From positions 248,001 through 312,000 of the forward strand of contig QPGO01000017.1 in NCBI GenBank assembly GCA_008632985.1: a stretch of DNA of 64,000 nt. Direction: 5' to 3'. Below are positions 12,548-24,608 of the stretch, in pieces. The notes beneath the pieces were generated by a model. The model saw only the letters and a list, made by a program, of their open reading frames with translations. It was not told the DNA's origin and did no database searches. A program made the position numbers and the translations under genes. Within the stretch, counting starts at the first letter, position 1. Every line of letters begins with the position of its first letter. The stretch is from Psammoneis japonica. Its lineage: Eukaryota.

Positions 12548-15017
12548 GGTGCACTTCCTCTGCACTGAGCAAGACAGAAGAGATGACCAGTCATCATGGT
12601 GTTTTCTCTGACACCTGCTCAGGCCATCACAGGCATTCTTGACTTTGTTGAAAAGGCACATCAAGCCATTTACAACAAGGCAGTCAAGACAACAATGGAA
12701 GCACAGGAGAAACCACTTCAATTCCTCAACAAGACCTCAAAGATTGAGCTGCCAAGAATGGTTGGGATGAAGATGATTTGTTCAACAAAGATTGTGTCAG
12801 ACACCACCAATTTGTTGACATGCTGTGGTCAGATTGAATTGGACCTCATCTGCAAATGCAAGTGCGTGCCCATCAACAAACCGGCAAGGCCAGCACAAGA
12901 CACAAGGATGCTTTGCCAGCTTCTTGTGAGCACACTTTCAGAAGAAGGCAATGCCATGATTCTGGTCTGGGAAAAGCAGCACAAGATTGTCAAGAACAAC
13001 AAGACACATCTGTTGGGAAACCTTCTGTTGAAGGCAACAATTCAAGAAAGTTGCTGGACACCAATGTGACTGCAATGAGCATCAAGATGAAGAAACTCAG
13101 CAATCTTGACAAACATCTCATCGCAGTGTCAAGTGACATTATCAAATTCAGCCAACATGTGCTGCTCTTGTTGCAAGCTCTCATGTCCCACAGACAATGG
13201 AAGACCTCCAATTGAACTTGTTCAAGGGATGCCTTGCAGCACCCAACAAAACATTCATTGATTGTGTCTGTTGCAAGCACAACAAGCATGACAAAGGAAA
13301 TGACATGGGTCCCAACGAACTGGTGAACCTCACAGTCAACAAGCAAAAAAAGATGGACAGTTGAGATGCAGGAATGGAGTGCACCATCCCTCAAGGAGGA
13401 GAAGATCCTGGCTCTAGAAGCAAAGACAGATGCCATCAAGAAATCATCTTGAGGCAAGAAAACCAATCCCAAGCAGAGTGGAAATCCCAGGAGTCAGAAG
13501 AAAGGAGGAAAAAACTTGTGGTCCCAAGCCTGGTTGGTTGAAGAAGGACAATAGACTCATGAACAATCAACTTCACAAGTGCCAATGTTGGAACAACCGG
13601 CCAAAATGTCATTGTCACAAGGACACGGGCAGAAAGTGTGATGGAAAGTGGCCCATCCACAAGCCATTGGCATGGAAGGGAAAGCCTTTGTTGCTTGGAA
13701 ACTTGGTGGTTCAAAACATCCTCCAGAAAAGAACAATGAGCCAGCAACAACCAAGAAGATCCAAAAAGACCTCAAGTCACTCAAGCCATGCATCAGAAGC
13801 TCTCACCACTGTTCTTGCAGATGAGATTGAGTCCTCTGACAAAGAATGGCTGGTGGAGCATGGTGACAAGCCAAACTGTGATTGGAGAATCCAGGGTGTC
13901 ACCATCTGCATGATGTTGTTTGCTGCATGGTTTGCAAGTGCCTTGCAGCCATGCCACTGTTGCTGCCACCAGTGCAATTTGTGTGGACCGCTGCAGCCTG
14001 CCGCTGGATCTCCATCACAGTTCATGAATTTTCAAGGGAAGTGGCTGCAAACACTCTTTCAAATTTGTCACTGGAGCTCATGTGTCACTGACAATTGTTG
14101 TTTTCTGTCTCATTGTTTCTTTTGGCAAGGACCCCAACAACCCCAATCTGCACTGTGTTCTATGATCCAAATGTTGGAAATGCGGACAATCAATGTGGAA
14201 GGCCCAGTCAAGCATGCAATGGATGGGAAAACAAATTGGTTGATTTGTTGAAAACAAGATCAATCAACTGTGCATGCAGCCAAGCAATCTCAAAGAGGAA
14301 GAATCAAGTGAGTCAAGGAACATCAAGGAAGATCAACAACAAATGTTGAACATGGTGCATTCAATGGGCATGATGGCAGCACTGGCAATCCCAGCAGTGT
14401 GCATGACAGCCCAGAATGATGCTCTCAAGCAAGAAAAACATGACTCAATTCAACACAGACTTGGGACCTGCAGGTGTGGACAACTGATGCACTGGATGTG
14501 CACCCAATGTGCAGCAGTGGACTTTGCAAGCAAGCTCATTCCAAGCAAGCAAGCTGCAAAAGGATTTGGGTCAAGAACAACAGGAGTTGTGATGGGCACA
14601 TTGATCTGGCCATGGTGTGATGACAATGGGGCTGCTCACTTGTTTAAGATCCCAAACTTGCACTGAGCACCCAATGGCAAAAGGTCCATCTGCCAAGTCC
14701 CCAACACTGGGTCAAAACACAAAAGGATTGCAAGCCAATTGAGGGTGTGGGAGAGAGCACAGACTCTGGGCAGTGCACCCAATGCTGGAGCCAGAAGAAA
14801 AACAAACTTGCTGTCCCCCCAAGCCCAGAAAGAAACAATGCAACATTTAATCTTGCTCCTGGTGATCAAAAGTTTGAAGCCTTCTGCACTGAATGTGGAG
14901 TCAATGATGCCATTGAAGACAACAATCCTGTCAAAGCAAGTGAGGTGAACATTGTGAGCAAAGAGGATGATGATGAGGAACAAGAGTCCAGTGATTCAGG
15001 GTTGGCAATGCACACTT

Positions 15018-15139
15018 GGCAGATGGTGGATGCTGGGTGGTGGGAAGTGGATGGCAGATGCTGGATGGTGGATGGTGGATGCCAGATTGTGGATGGCAGA
15101 TGGCGGGTGCTGGATGCTGGATTGTGGATGGTGGATGCC
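15018..15139 (+). repeat. 7-bp minisatellite (GGATGGT/AGATGGC variants)
   Basis: Roughly 17 degenerate tandem units, e.g. GATGGTG GATGGTG GATGCCA GATTGTG GATGGCA. Confidence 0.8.
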
Positions 15140-15642
15140 ATGAATCCAATCAAGGCTGTCTCATGACATGCCAAGTGAGACAAGCACACCTCAGGGTCAG
15201 AGGACAACACTCCAGTCTCCACTCTGTTCAATCTGGATGGACCATCTGAGGATGCAGGCAGAGCTTGTCTGCCTCAAGCCACAACAGACAAGGAAGATCA
15301 GCAAAGAGAAAAAGCATTTGCAGAGTTGTTGAGACATCATCAGAAACATGGGCATGGCTCATTCTGGAAACTGCAAATGATGGCAGAGCAGGGAGTCATC
15401 CCAAAACACTTGTCAAAATGCAGTGCACCTGCTTGCTCCTCATGCACACTTGCCAAACCAACTGAGCACAAGTGGAGAGACTGAAACAAGAAGGCTTGTG
15501 ATCCACAGAGCCAACTCAACCCAGACAAGTGGCATCAGTGGACCAAATGGTCTCACCCACACCAGGATTGATTTTGCAAATGGCAGGGTTCCCAACAACC
15601 AAGCTGAGGCACAAGTGCATGACAGCATGTGTCGACCAACCC

Positions 15643-16476
15643 TGACTTGTTCCAGACTCAGGTGGCATGCACATGCCCCTTTTCACACACAAAAAAAGTT
15701 TTTTGTGCTTCACACAACATCTTTTGCATTCAATTGTGATGATCACATTGGTGGCTTTCAAGCAAAATGAACAGATGAAGTCCAAGCCAACTAACAGCCC
15801 AAATGGCCACAGCTTTTGGTGACCATGACAGCCGGCTTTTTTGACCTTGTGGAAAATTGAATGATGCTGCAAGGCCCACAGCATTTTGCACAGTCTGTGT
15901 CATGATCAACAAGAATGAAAATGCTTGTTGCAGGCTGCAGCACAGCAAAAAGAAGTCCAGTCTGTCAGCAACAACAATTGAGTCTTGTGCCTCACTCACA
16001 ATTTGCCTTCAAGGACCAAATTTTTTTCATTGCCATGTGCATTTCCTCTGTGGCATCAACTGACACAAGTGTGTCAGTCATTTGTGCCAACAAATCAGTG
16101 AAACAGGGTTCAAAGTTGATGCCACTGTGTGGGCCGAGCTTCACTTCTTCTCACATCTGCCAAAACTTGTCAGTTGGTGAGTGTTTTGTTGAGTCTGTTG
16201 AGGTTAACTTGCACCCACATGTGTTGGCAAAAGACAGTTCATGTTGCACTTAAGACCAAATGTTTTTACACAAGAACATTGATTTGTGCCTTTCTGATCA
16301 CAAGTTGTGCATCAGAAAAGTGAGCTCTCATCTCATGGCGCCATTTGGCAATCAATGACTCAATCCATCCTTGGTTTTGAATGCATGGGCACACACATGA
16401 GAACTTTCTGCATGTGCCCATGACAACAAATTTGAAAATTGCGTTGCATGCAAAAACCCAAGTCTGGAACAAGTCC
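15643..16476. mobile_element. Non-autonomous TIR DNA element (MITE-like, 834 bp) inserted in the Copia integrase
   Basis: Perfect 15-bp inverted repeats GACTTGTTCCAGACT (15644-15658) / AGTCTGGAACAAGTC (16461-16475); flanked by ACCC on both sides; splits the integrase motif VDQ...(Y/C)VHLQKT. Confidence 0.75.
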
Positions 16477-19162
16477 ACCCCAGTTTCAGCTGTGTGCATT
16501 TGTTGCAAAAGACTGCAAGCATGGAAGAGATGTCAGAAGGCAAGAAAGCTTTTGAGTTGATGGCAAAAAATAATTGCAGAGTCAAAATCCTTGCTTGCCA
16601 TGCAGACAATGGGGCATTCAAGGCAAAGCAATGGGTCAAGCATGTTAAGACCAAGGACAAGGCCTGACATTTGCAGGCATTGATGCACACCACATGAACA
16701 GTGCAGCTGATCACTGCATCTGCAAACTGCAGGAACATGCCCACAGCATGCTCATGTGTGCAAACCAATGATGGCCCTCAAGTGTTGCCGCCAACCTGCG
16801 GCCATGTGCTGTCCAAATGGCAAACAATGCAGTCAATGAAATGCCCAGCTTCCAAAATCCAAACACTGCACTCCAACTCAACTGCACACACAAACAGATG
16901 TCTCAAGCAACCCCCCAAGCACTGAATTCCCTGTTTGGATGCCCGGTGCACGTGTGCTGGATGACCAGCTGCAAACAAACCACCCATTTTACAAGTGGAG
17001 GCAATGCTCGAAGGTCAGAGTGCACTTGGGGACAAGCCCAATGCACAACAGGAAAATTGCCTTGGTTCTCAACAGAGCAGCAGCACATTCAAGTCCCCAG
17101 CTCCATGTGAAGTGTGACCCCAGCTTCCACATGATAAAACAGGACAAGTTTGTTTCAATGTGGCAAACAAAAGCCAGATTTGTGAGTCAGAGGGAGGCGA
17201 ACAAACCAACCCAAGGCAAGAACAAGATGGCACTTGCACCTGAAGCCACCAACAAGCAGAGCATTCCTCAGCAAGAGTGGGCAATGCCTCCCTCAGAGGG
17301 AGCATCAAAGAAGAGGAAGTTTGACAAGAACCCAAACCATGCCAACATTCTCAACAAAACACTGGAACCACCCAAAGCCAATGAGCAACTGGCACAGCCA
17401 AATGAACAGGCAGAATCACTGGAAGTGCTTCCACAGCAGGAGGGTGAGTCTCACCCTCCCAGAGTGCCAAGGACACCAGATGTGACAACAAGATCAGGGC
17501 AAAAGAGCCGGCCAGTTGAGTGGCTGGCACAAGCAATGACAGCTGAGCTTGGTGCCAATGCCAAAGGGGACATTGAGAGAGAGACATTTTCACCAGCAGC
17601 TGTCTTTCCATGTGACAAATTGCCCACATTGGATGACACTGACCCTCTTCCAGCACATGAAGCTTCAACAGATCCCGACACCATGTGCGTGCACCAAGTG
17701 ATAAAATGACAAGATTGCAAGGAATTTGTTGAGGCAGTGTGCAAATGAGTTGAGGCACAAATGAAGAATGGAAATTTTGCCACAGCTCCAAGATTGATGG
17801 TGACTGACAAGAGAAGGAGATGCTTCCAGCTGCATGGCAGATGAAATGAAAGTGGAACGTCCTGACCCACACTGTCAAAAAAATGGAAGGCAAGATTGAA
17901 TGTGGACAGATGAGAATGAGAAAAGGGGCTGGCTGTGGCAAAACATGTGCCCCGGTTGCATCCCAGAACTCAGTGCACATGCTGCTTGCCATGGGAGCGG
18001 CACACAATTGGCACACCAAGCAACTGGATTGTGTGCTGGCATTCCCAGCATGAAGTGTGTGTGCAAATTCCAAAGGGGTTTGAAATCAACAAAGGAGATT
18101 CAAAAGACTTTGCACTGCACCTGCATTGGAGCCTGTGTGGACAGAAACAAGCCGGGCAAGTGTGGAACAAACACCTGGCTAACAAGCTGACAAAAGACCT
18201 GGGCTTGTTGGTCCAGTCCAAGGTTGATGAGTGTGCACTTCACCAAGGCAAAACAATGCACTTGCTGTGTGCCAACAATGGTCTGTTGGTGGGACCTGAT
18301 GAGGAAGAAATTGATCAAATCATTGAAGAGGTGAAGGCCACCAAACTGGACATCACAGCAGAGGGAGACATGCAAGACTTCATCCTCAGCATCAATGTTG
18401 AAAGAAAAAGTGGTGGTGCCATGCATCTTGTGCAACCACACCTCATTGACCAGATGCCAAGGGACATGAAGCTAGATGGCAATGATGTCAAGCCCAAGGA
18501 CACTCCAGCCTCATCCTCAAAGTTGCTGTCCAGGCATTCCAACTCAGAGCCCTTTGATGGACACTTCAACCATGGATCAATCATTGGCAAACTGAGCCAC
18601 AACTTCCAGCAGACCCTGGAATGGAACACAGTCAAGCACTCAAGTGGTCAGAACCCCATCTGAAGGGAACAAGAGACAAAGGCACAGTGCTTGTGCCTCA
18701 AAAAGGCAAAGACTCAGAAGTGCATGTCAATGCCAACTTCAGCGGCAACAGTTGGGGCCCTCAAGATGCAGCCGCCAACCGCAACACTGCCAGGTCCAGA
18801 CATGGACGTGTTGTCATAATGTGTGCCGGATGTCCTGTGCTTTGGAAATCTCAGCTGCAAACAGAAACTGCATTGAGTTTAACCGAGAGTGAGTGGTCGA
18901 CCATCACATGAATTGACAAGTGCAGCGCCTTTTGTTGTGGTGGAATTGCTCAAGGAAATGAAGCATGACAGCTTCCCAGCACACACCTGCAAACCAACGG
19001 TTCATTGTTGAGTGTTTGAGAACAACAGCGGAGAAGCTCTAGAAACTGCAAAGACCCACAAGTGTCGTCCAAGAACCAAACATTTGAGTGTAAAGCCGCG
19101 CTGCTTCAGGGATTGTGTGTCAAGGGGAGAAATGTCCACCCATCCCACAGACACAAAGGAGC

Positions 19163-19529
19163 TGCACTATGCTCGAAGAACGAGTGTAAACGAAAGTAGA
19201 ACGAAGTTCGAAAAGTGAAAATTATGAGATTAAATTTTGCTCTGTGATTTTTGGTTTCTCCGAACGAGTTCTCAATGGCCTAAAGCTTCTGTACTGTTTC
19301 TACAGACAAAAGGCCTTTCGGAGAATATGTTCGTGACAACAGATTGTCCGGATACGATTGCCATTGACACGTAAGATGTCAACATCGTCAATCGATCGTA
19401 TTTGCAATTCTCGACATCCGATCAACTCTGTGTGATCGTTCTGTCCTTTGTACGCATCCACGACTGTGGTACGATTGACATATAAATAATATATAATCAT
19501 AAATATGTATATAACAGTCGCATACTGCA
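19163..19529 (-). repeat. Gypsy 3' LTR
   Basis: Direct repeat of 23518-23884; terminal inverted repeat TGCACTATGC...GCATACTGCA. Confidence 0.95.
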
Positions 19530-22500
19530 TTCGCCTCCCTAATTGCACATTAGAGTCATTTGTAAGTGGATTATTCGACGGACATCGACAGTGTCAATAA
19601 TGTCTCCACTTTCACTGTATTGTGCCATTAGCAATGACTGTTGTTGTTTTGTATAGGCAATATAGGGCCGTTCCAATTTCCGAATGTCTTTTGAGAGTGA
19701 CATTGTTTGTTTCTCACTTAATATGTATATATATAGTATTACGTCGAGTATTCTCATTGACGTTCTTGTTGATATGAACACAAGGACTAATTGTCCTGGA
19801 GTAAGTGTTTTTCCTGACATCGATTGTACATAGCATCGTGCCCAGTACTTAATGTACGCTCTTAATTATGGCGTTCACTTACTTACTTGTGGATTTCATG
19901 TAGTTTGGCGGGCTTACTTTATATGCCATATTGCTCTGCTGCACTACCACGTTTCATAAGTAATAATAAACGATGGTCAAAGATATTATGACCATTTCGT
20001 CTTGATAATCAATCCTGTGATGGTTATGAATTCCATTATGGATTTTTTTTTTGTACTTCAACCATCTATCAGTTGGATTTTAATCGTTATTTGGACGTTT
20101 CTTTCTGACATACCGGTGTTATTTTGTCATTCCGAAGGCACTGGTTTCGTGCACTAAGTGGATAAATGTCCATTTTTCTTTTCTTTTTCTAGATCTTTGG
20201 CACATCTCGTGTGTCGACATGATGCACATTTTAATGTCTTGCCTCGTACATTGTACAATACAACCGTACGGGTGTTGTGAGATTGTCTTTTGCCAGTGTG
20301 AAGTGGATGCGCACAATGTGTGCCAATCTGTCACTGTTTTTTCCCAAATCGTCCTTTAAAAAGGCGATTTTATCCTTGTGACATGAGCATTTTTCGATCT
20401 CGCTCGCCTCCACGAAAAGTGTTCATATGACATGTCGCGTCCGACAATTTGGAGGGAATGTCTTTGTCCCGTTTTAACGGCAGGACATTGTCGTAGGATT
20501 CAATTTTCTACAGCAAGTCGGCTGATCGCGTCTGTCGCGACGATGTTCGCCTTGCCTTCATTGCACTCTAATTTGGGGCTGAAGTTGTCAACGCACGACT
20601 TTGTCCGTTGTGTCTTGTGATCTGCACATGTGTAAATCTGTTGGCCAAACAGCACATTTCGGAATTTTGTGAGTGTTTTCACTGTGGACAGAAGTTCTTT
20701 TTTCCGTTGCAACGCACAACATTGAAATCCGTGCATGATGACAACGCAGTTTTTGATTTGATGCGCTCCACATTTTCGGAGACTTTTCGTTCCGCACTTG
20801 TGCTTTTGCCGTTTGACCTTTGTTGAGGTGAATTTGGCCAGCATTGTGCAGGAGATCGTTGAGACTGCATGTCTCGACAACAGTGGCGCATGACAACGAG
20901 ATGTCGCAGTGTTCTTTGCGTTTTTCTCGTGTTGCGATTGCTTGAATCGCCTCCATTTTCTTTGCAATCGATTGCATGTCGTTGCGCACGGAAGTCTTGA
21001 CAGTTCATTTCAAGTTAAACAGTGAAGGACTTTTGTTGTCAACCTTCTAAGCGACTGTTCCAGTCGTTTGAATGCCGCACTAAGCTGTCACTTGTGCAGG
21101 TGACATTTTGAAGTTACTTTTGTCAGGCACAAACGATCACATGTGGTCGTTCTGACAACTTCAAACCTGTTGTGAGTTCACTCAAGTGTTGCACAAAAAT
21201 GTCTGGGGCTCTGTGGATTCTCATTGGAAGTCCGTGGCACTCATTTTCTCCCCACGGCATGATTTTCGTGTGAGCACGACGTGTGCTTTTTTTGTTTGAC
21301 ATGGTGGCATTCCATGTTTGAATCAAATGGATTGCATGTGTGAAACGTTCTTGCTTCAACAGTGTTTCCTGAATGTTGGGTAAAGGATGCACCACCTGCA
21401 TGAACCTCACACTGAGCTTCTGAGTGTCGGACGCAGTCGAACTCGACCTGTTTTCTTTGGACAATGAGTCTCAGAGCGACTCATTCAGAGCAATTTCATT
21501 CTCAAGACTTCAATCTTTCATGACAGGTCAAACTCCTTTTGATTGGACGCCTCCAAAGACTATGACAGGAGAAGGTTCTCACGCGTCGTGGAATCGCGTC
21601 AGATTTTCCACGATGAGATCCACTGGTTCTTCCCATGCATTCGTCTGAGGAACTTTTCAAAAAGATTTCAACCTCTTAAGAAGAAGATTGAGTTGGTTGT
21701 GTTCATTTGGGTTAGATGCATCGCCGTAGTTGTCACTTGATTAGGATCGATGACGTGACAATGTGAGTCGAGGACCATTGGTTCCGTCATTAACTCCATT
21801 CACGGCGTCACATTTTTCAATGTGATCGGTTTTCAGCTTGAAAACATCGGCATCGAAGAGTGCACGAACATTCTTCATAGGGCAATTGCTTCTTCCCATT
21901 TGATTTCTTCATTTGCGTAGTCCAATGTGACTTGCAGGACTGGACATTAAGTCGCGTCCCATGATCATATCATTTGAACCTGAAGAAAATTTGGTGTTTT
22001 CAACATGTGCTGTTTGAATGTCAGTATGCCTTAAATTTCGCATAGTGAGAACTGAATTCGGTGTTTACTATCAGTCGTAAAGAGCTCACCCTTGGTTTCC
22101 CAAGTTTTTGGTGGCGGATTCTTGTGTTCTCAACTTTCGCACGAATTTGCGCAAAATTATGGTTGACGATGTTCCGTTATCGATAGGAACACGTAGATGC
22201 TTTTTTCTCTCCTTTCCCAAGGAAGCATTCATATAAATGATGACTCCTGGACTAGTGTGAATTATTTCTGCCTTTTTTCTAGGCTTCCTAATATCCAGCA
22301 AAGCAAATAATTCGTGAATAGACCCAAATTATTCTTCGGATTCACTCTGGATCATCCGATCAAATTGGTATTTTTCTTCACTGAGGGTATCAGAATCTGT
22401 TTCTTTGCCCTTATGCTCTTTTTCTTTGTTCGAGGAACTCGCTTTGAGTATTTTTTGAACCGCCTGATCAACCATGACGTTCAACTCTTTTTTGCGAGCG

Positions 22501-23517
22501 GCATTTTCGTTATCGCGACGCGACCGCGTGCGATTGCCATTTGAACGGCGCATTTTTGGGTCTCTTTCAGAGTCACCCTTGCACTCTTTTGCTAGTTCAT
22601 TTTTAGAATAGCTTCAATCCGTGATGCAGGTGTTCTTTTTTCAAAGATAAGACCTTGCATTCACTTTGGATTGTTCTGGCACCATGTGGGAGACCATTTT
22701 TGGAACCAAAATTGGAACCTTTTTGATTGTGGAATCAACTGCGCTATCAGAGCCTGAATTGATATGTTTTTTTGTCACAGACGTCCTCGCCGACCTCTAG
22801 ACGACTCAAACCTCAATCAGCTCGTCAAGGGTATGATCCAGTGGTTCAATATTTTGGACAGTAGGCTGATGCTGCCATCCTTGCGGTGCGAGTGATAGCT
22901 GATAAATCAGCGCTCGGTTTCCCGCTAGATTCGACTTAGAATCCATCTGAGGGTCGTATAGACTCTCATCGTTGACCTCTTGGGTCTATCAGAGGCTTTC
23001 TTGCTGTTGAGCGGCTCTGGTTTCTTCAGGTCGTCTCGAAAATAATTTCCCTGATTCTGAAGTGCATTTCCTCGGAGGACATGAGTTATGAGACGCTTGA
23101 GGTACTTTCCAACGATTCCCTCTTGCTCCTTGGACTCGAGGATCATCGATTCGGTCTCAAAAAACTCTCCAATAGTCTCCCCTTGCATGGTAGACGTATT
23201 TCTCGGATCTGATCGACTCGGAACTTGCATTCTCTGCAACCATGACTTGGTGTAGATTTTTTGATAATGCGGTGTACTTGAGAGCCCTTGATCCTTGGGT
23301 GCTTGGAATAGACCGTATTAGAGCGAATCCTCTTGTTTGGTAGACGAAAAACAGCGTTCCATCTTGAGGTGCTGCTCGGCTTGAGCTTCTTCCGCTCGGA
23401 AATCGATTCCAGCAGAACTGATGCGATTCGTTCCTGTTTATAGAAGAATTTGCAAAGGCACATTAGTTAAAATTTTCATTTTCCGTGCTTTTTACCTTCT
23501 GTGGTGTGTATACACAA

Positions 23518-23884
23518 TGCACTATGCTCGAAGAACGAGTGTAAACGAAAGTAGAACGAAGTTCGAAAAGTGAAAATTATGAGATTAAATTTTGCTCTGT
23601 GATTTTTGGTTTCTCCGAACGAGTTCTCAATGGCCTAAAGCTTCTGTACTGTTTCTACAGACAAAAGGCCTTTCGGAGAATATATTCGTGACAACAGATT
23701 GTCCGGATACGATTGCTATTGACACGTAAGATGTCAACATCGTCAATCGATCGTATTTGCAATTCTCGACATCCGATCAACTCTGTGTGATCGTTCTGTC
23801 CTTTGTACGCATCCACGACTGTGGTACGATTGACATATAAATAATATATAATCATAAATATGTATATAACAGTCGCATACTGCA
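23518..23884 (-). repeat. Gypsy 5' LTR
   Basis: Direct repeat of 19163-19529; upstream of gag on the minus strand. Confidence 0.95.
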
Positions 23885-24057
23885 GAGCAACTTGCCGATT
23901 GTCTTGCAAAGCCGGTGAGTGCAGATGCACTTCTCTGGTTGCGTCCGCTGGCAATGGGGTGGCAAGCCCACTGCATTTCTACTGGGTGTTAAGTGCGATG
24001 TCCCAAATTACAGGTTCGGCGTCTGGCTGATTGGCTAGATCATGTCAAAGGGCAAAA

Positions 24058-24300
24058 TGTTGAAAACTGCGGTAGATGTACAGTCATGAGGACGTTACTG
24101 TACGGACACAAGCCAATTCCTCTGTTGAGAGCTGAAAGCGATCCGTTCAACGCTCAACACCAATGGAGAACCACTCCACTCTGAATGCTCACAATTTGTG
24201 AATTCACTTCACTGTAACAACTTAACTCTCTATCAGCCCTAATGCTCTGGTGAACGTTGTCAGCTCTTGGTCTGACAGTCAGTAATCAGGTATTTTAACA
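24058..24300 (+). repeat. Copia 3' LTR (little mutated)
   Basis: TGTTGAAAA...ATTTTAACA ends, preceded by purine-rich AAAGGGCAAAA; follows the end of RNase H; homologous to 12259-12547. Confidence 0.7.
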
Positions 24301-24608
24301 GCGGCCGGTGCTTGAGCAGGAGCCCATTGCCCTAATAATCAGAATATTCTGATTGTGGGCTCCTGGCTTGAAGTCTGTTGCTCTTTACAAAGCACTTTAC
24401 AGTCAGGAGCGTGTGAAGCAACCTTGCCGTATTGTATCAAAATTAGTTTTATGTTATTATCCACTTCGATGGCATTGAGTTTTATAACTGCACTGTAACT
24501 AGAAGTAGGCACTGATCTGTACGGTAGGAGGCGTCTACTCGCTACAGCCAGGGCACTCACGCTGCAAGCTCGAATCTTTTACGGTGCGCTCCCGCCTTCG
24601 CTCATTCG

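Larger units (their letters stand above)
19163..23884 (-). mobile_element. Ty3/Gypsy LTR retrotransposon, recent insertion with degenerate coding region
   Basis: 367-bp LTRs differing at 2 positions; TG..CA ends; 4-bp TSD GAGC (19159-19162 / 23885-23888); minus-strand PPT AGGGAGGCGAA next to the left LTR. Remnants in Gypsy order: gag, protease (IDNGTSSTII), RT (MPWG..LPM..APDIF), RNase H (KELLS..FRNVLFGQQI..DHK), integrase Zn-finger (~20250). Confidence 0.92.
12259..24300 (+). mobile_element. Degenerate Ty1/Copia LTR retrotransposon (CoDi-like) with nested insertions
   Basis: gag start MVFSLTPAQAITGILDF (12596); integrase (DQMVSPTPGL, HADNG ~16600); RT (WKARLN, QLDCVLAF, SLCGQKQAGQVWN); RNase H (RPRTKH ~19070, resuming as EQLADCLAKP at 23885 after the Gypsy insertion). 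Copia order INT-RT-RH; homologous LTR-like ends at ~12259-12547 and 24058-24300. Confidence 0.85.

Noticed and set aside
1..19162. Hundreds of overlapping Cys/His/Gln-rich ORFs in all six frames (also 43250-64000)
   Set aside because: Artefact of TpA loss: TAA, TAG and Tyr codons are nearly absent, so frames stay open. Only TE-protein remnants are recognisable.
19300..19548. Duplicated ORF QYATVIYIFMIIYY... (also 23655-23954)
   Set aside because: Lies within the Gypsy LTRs; the duplication reflects the LTRs, with no coding evidence.
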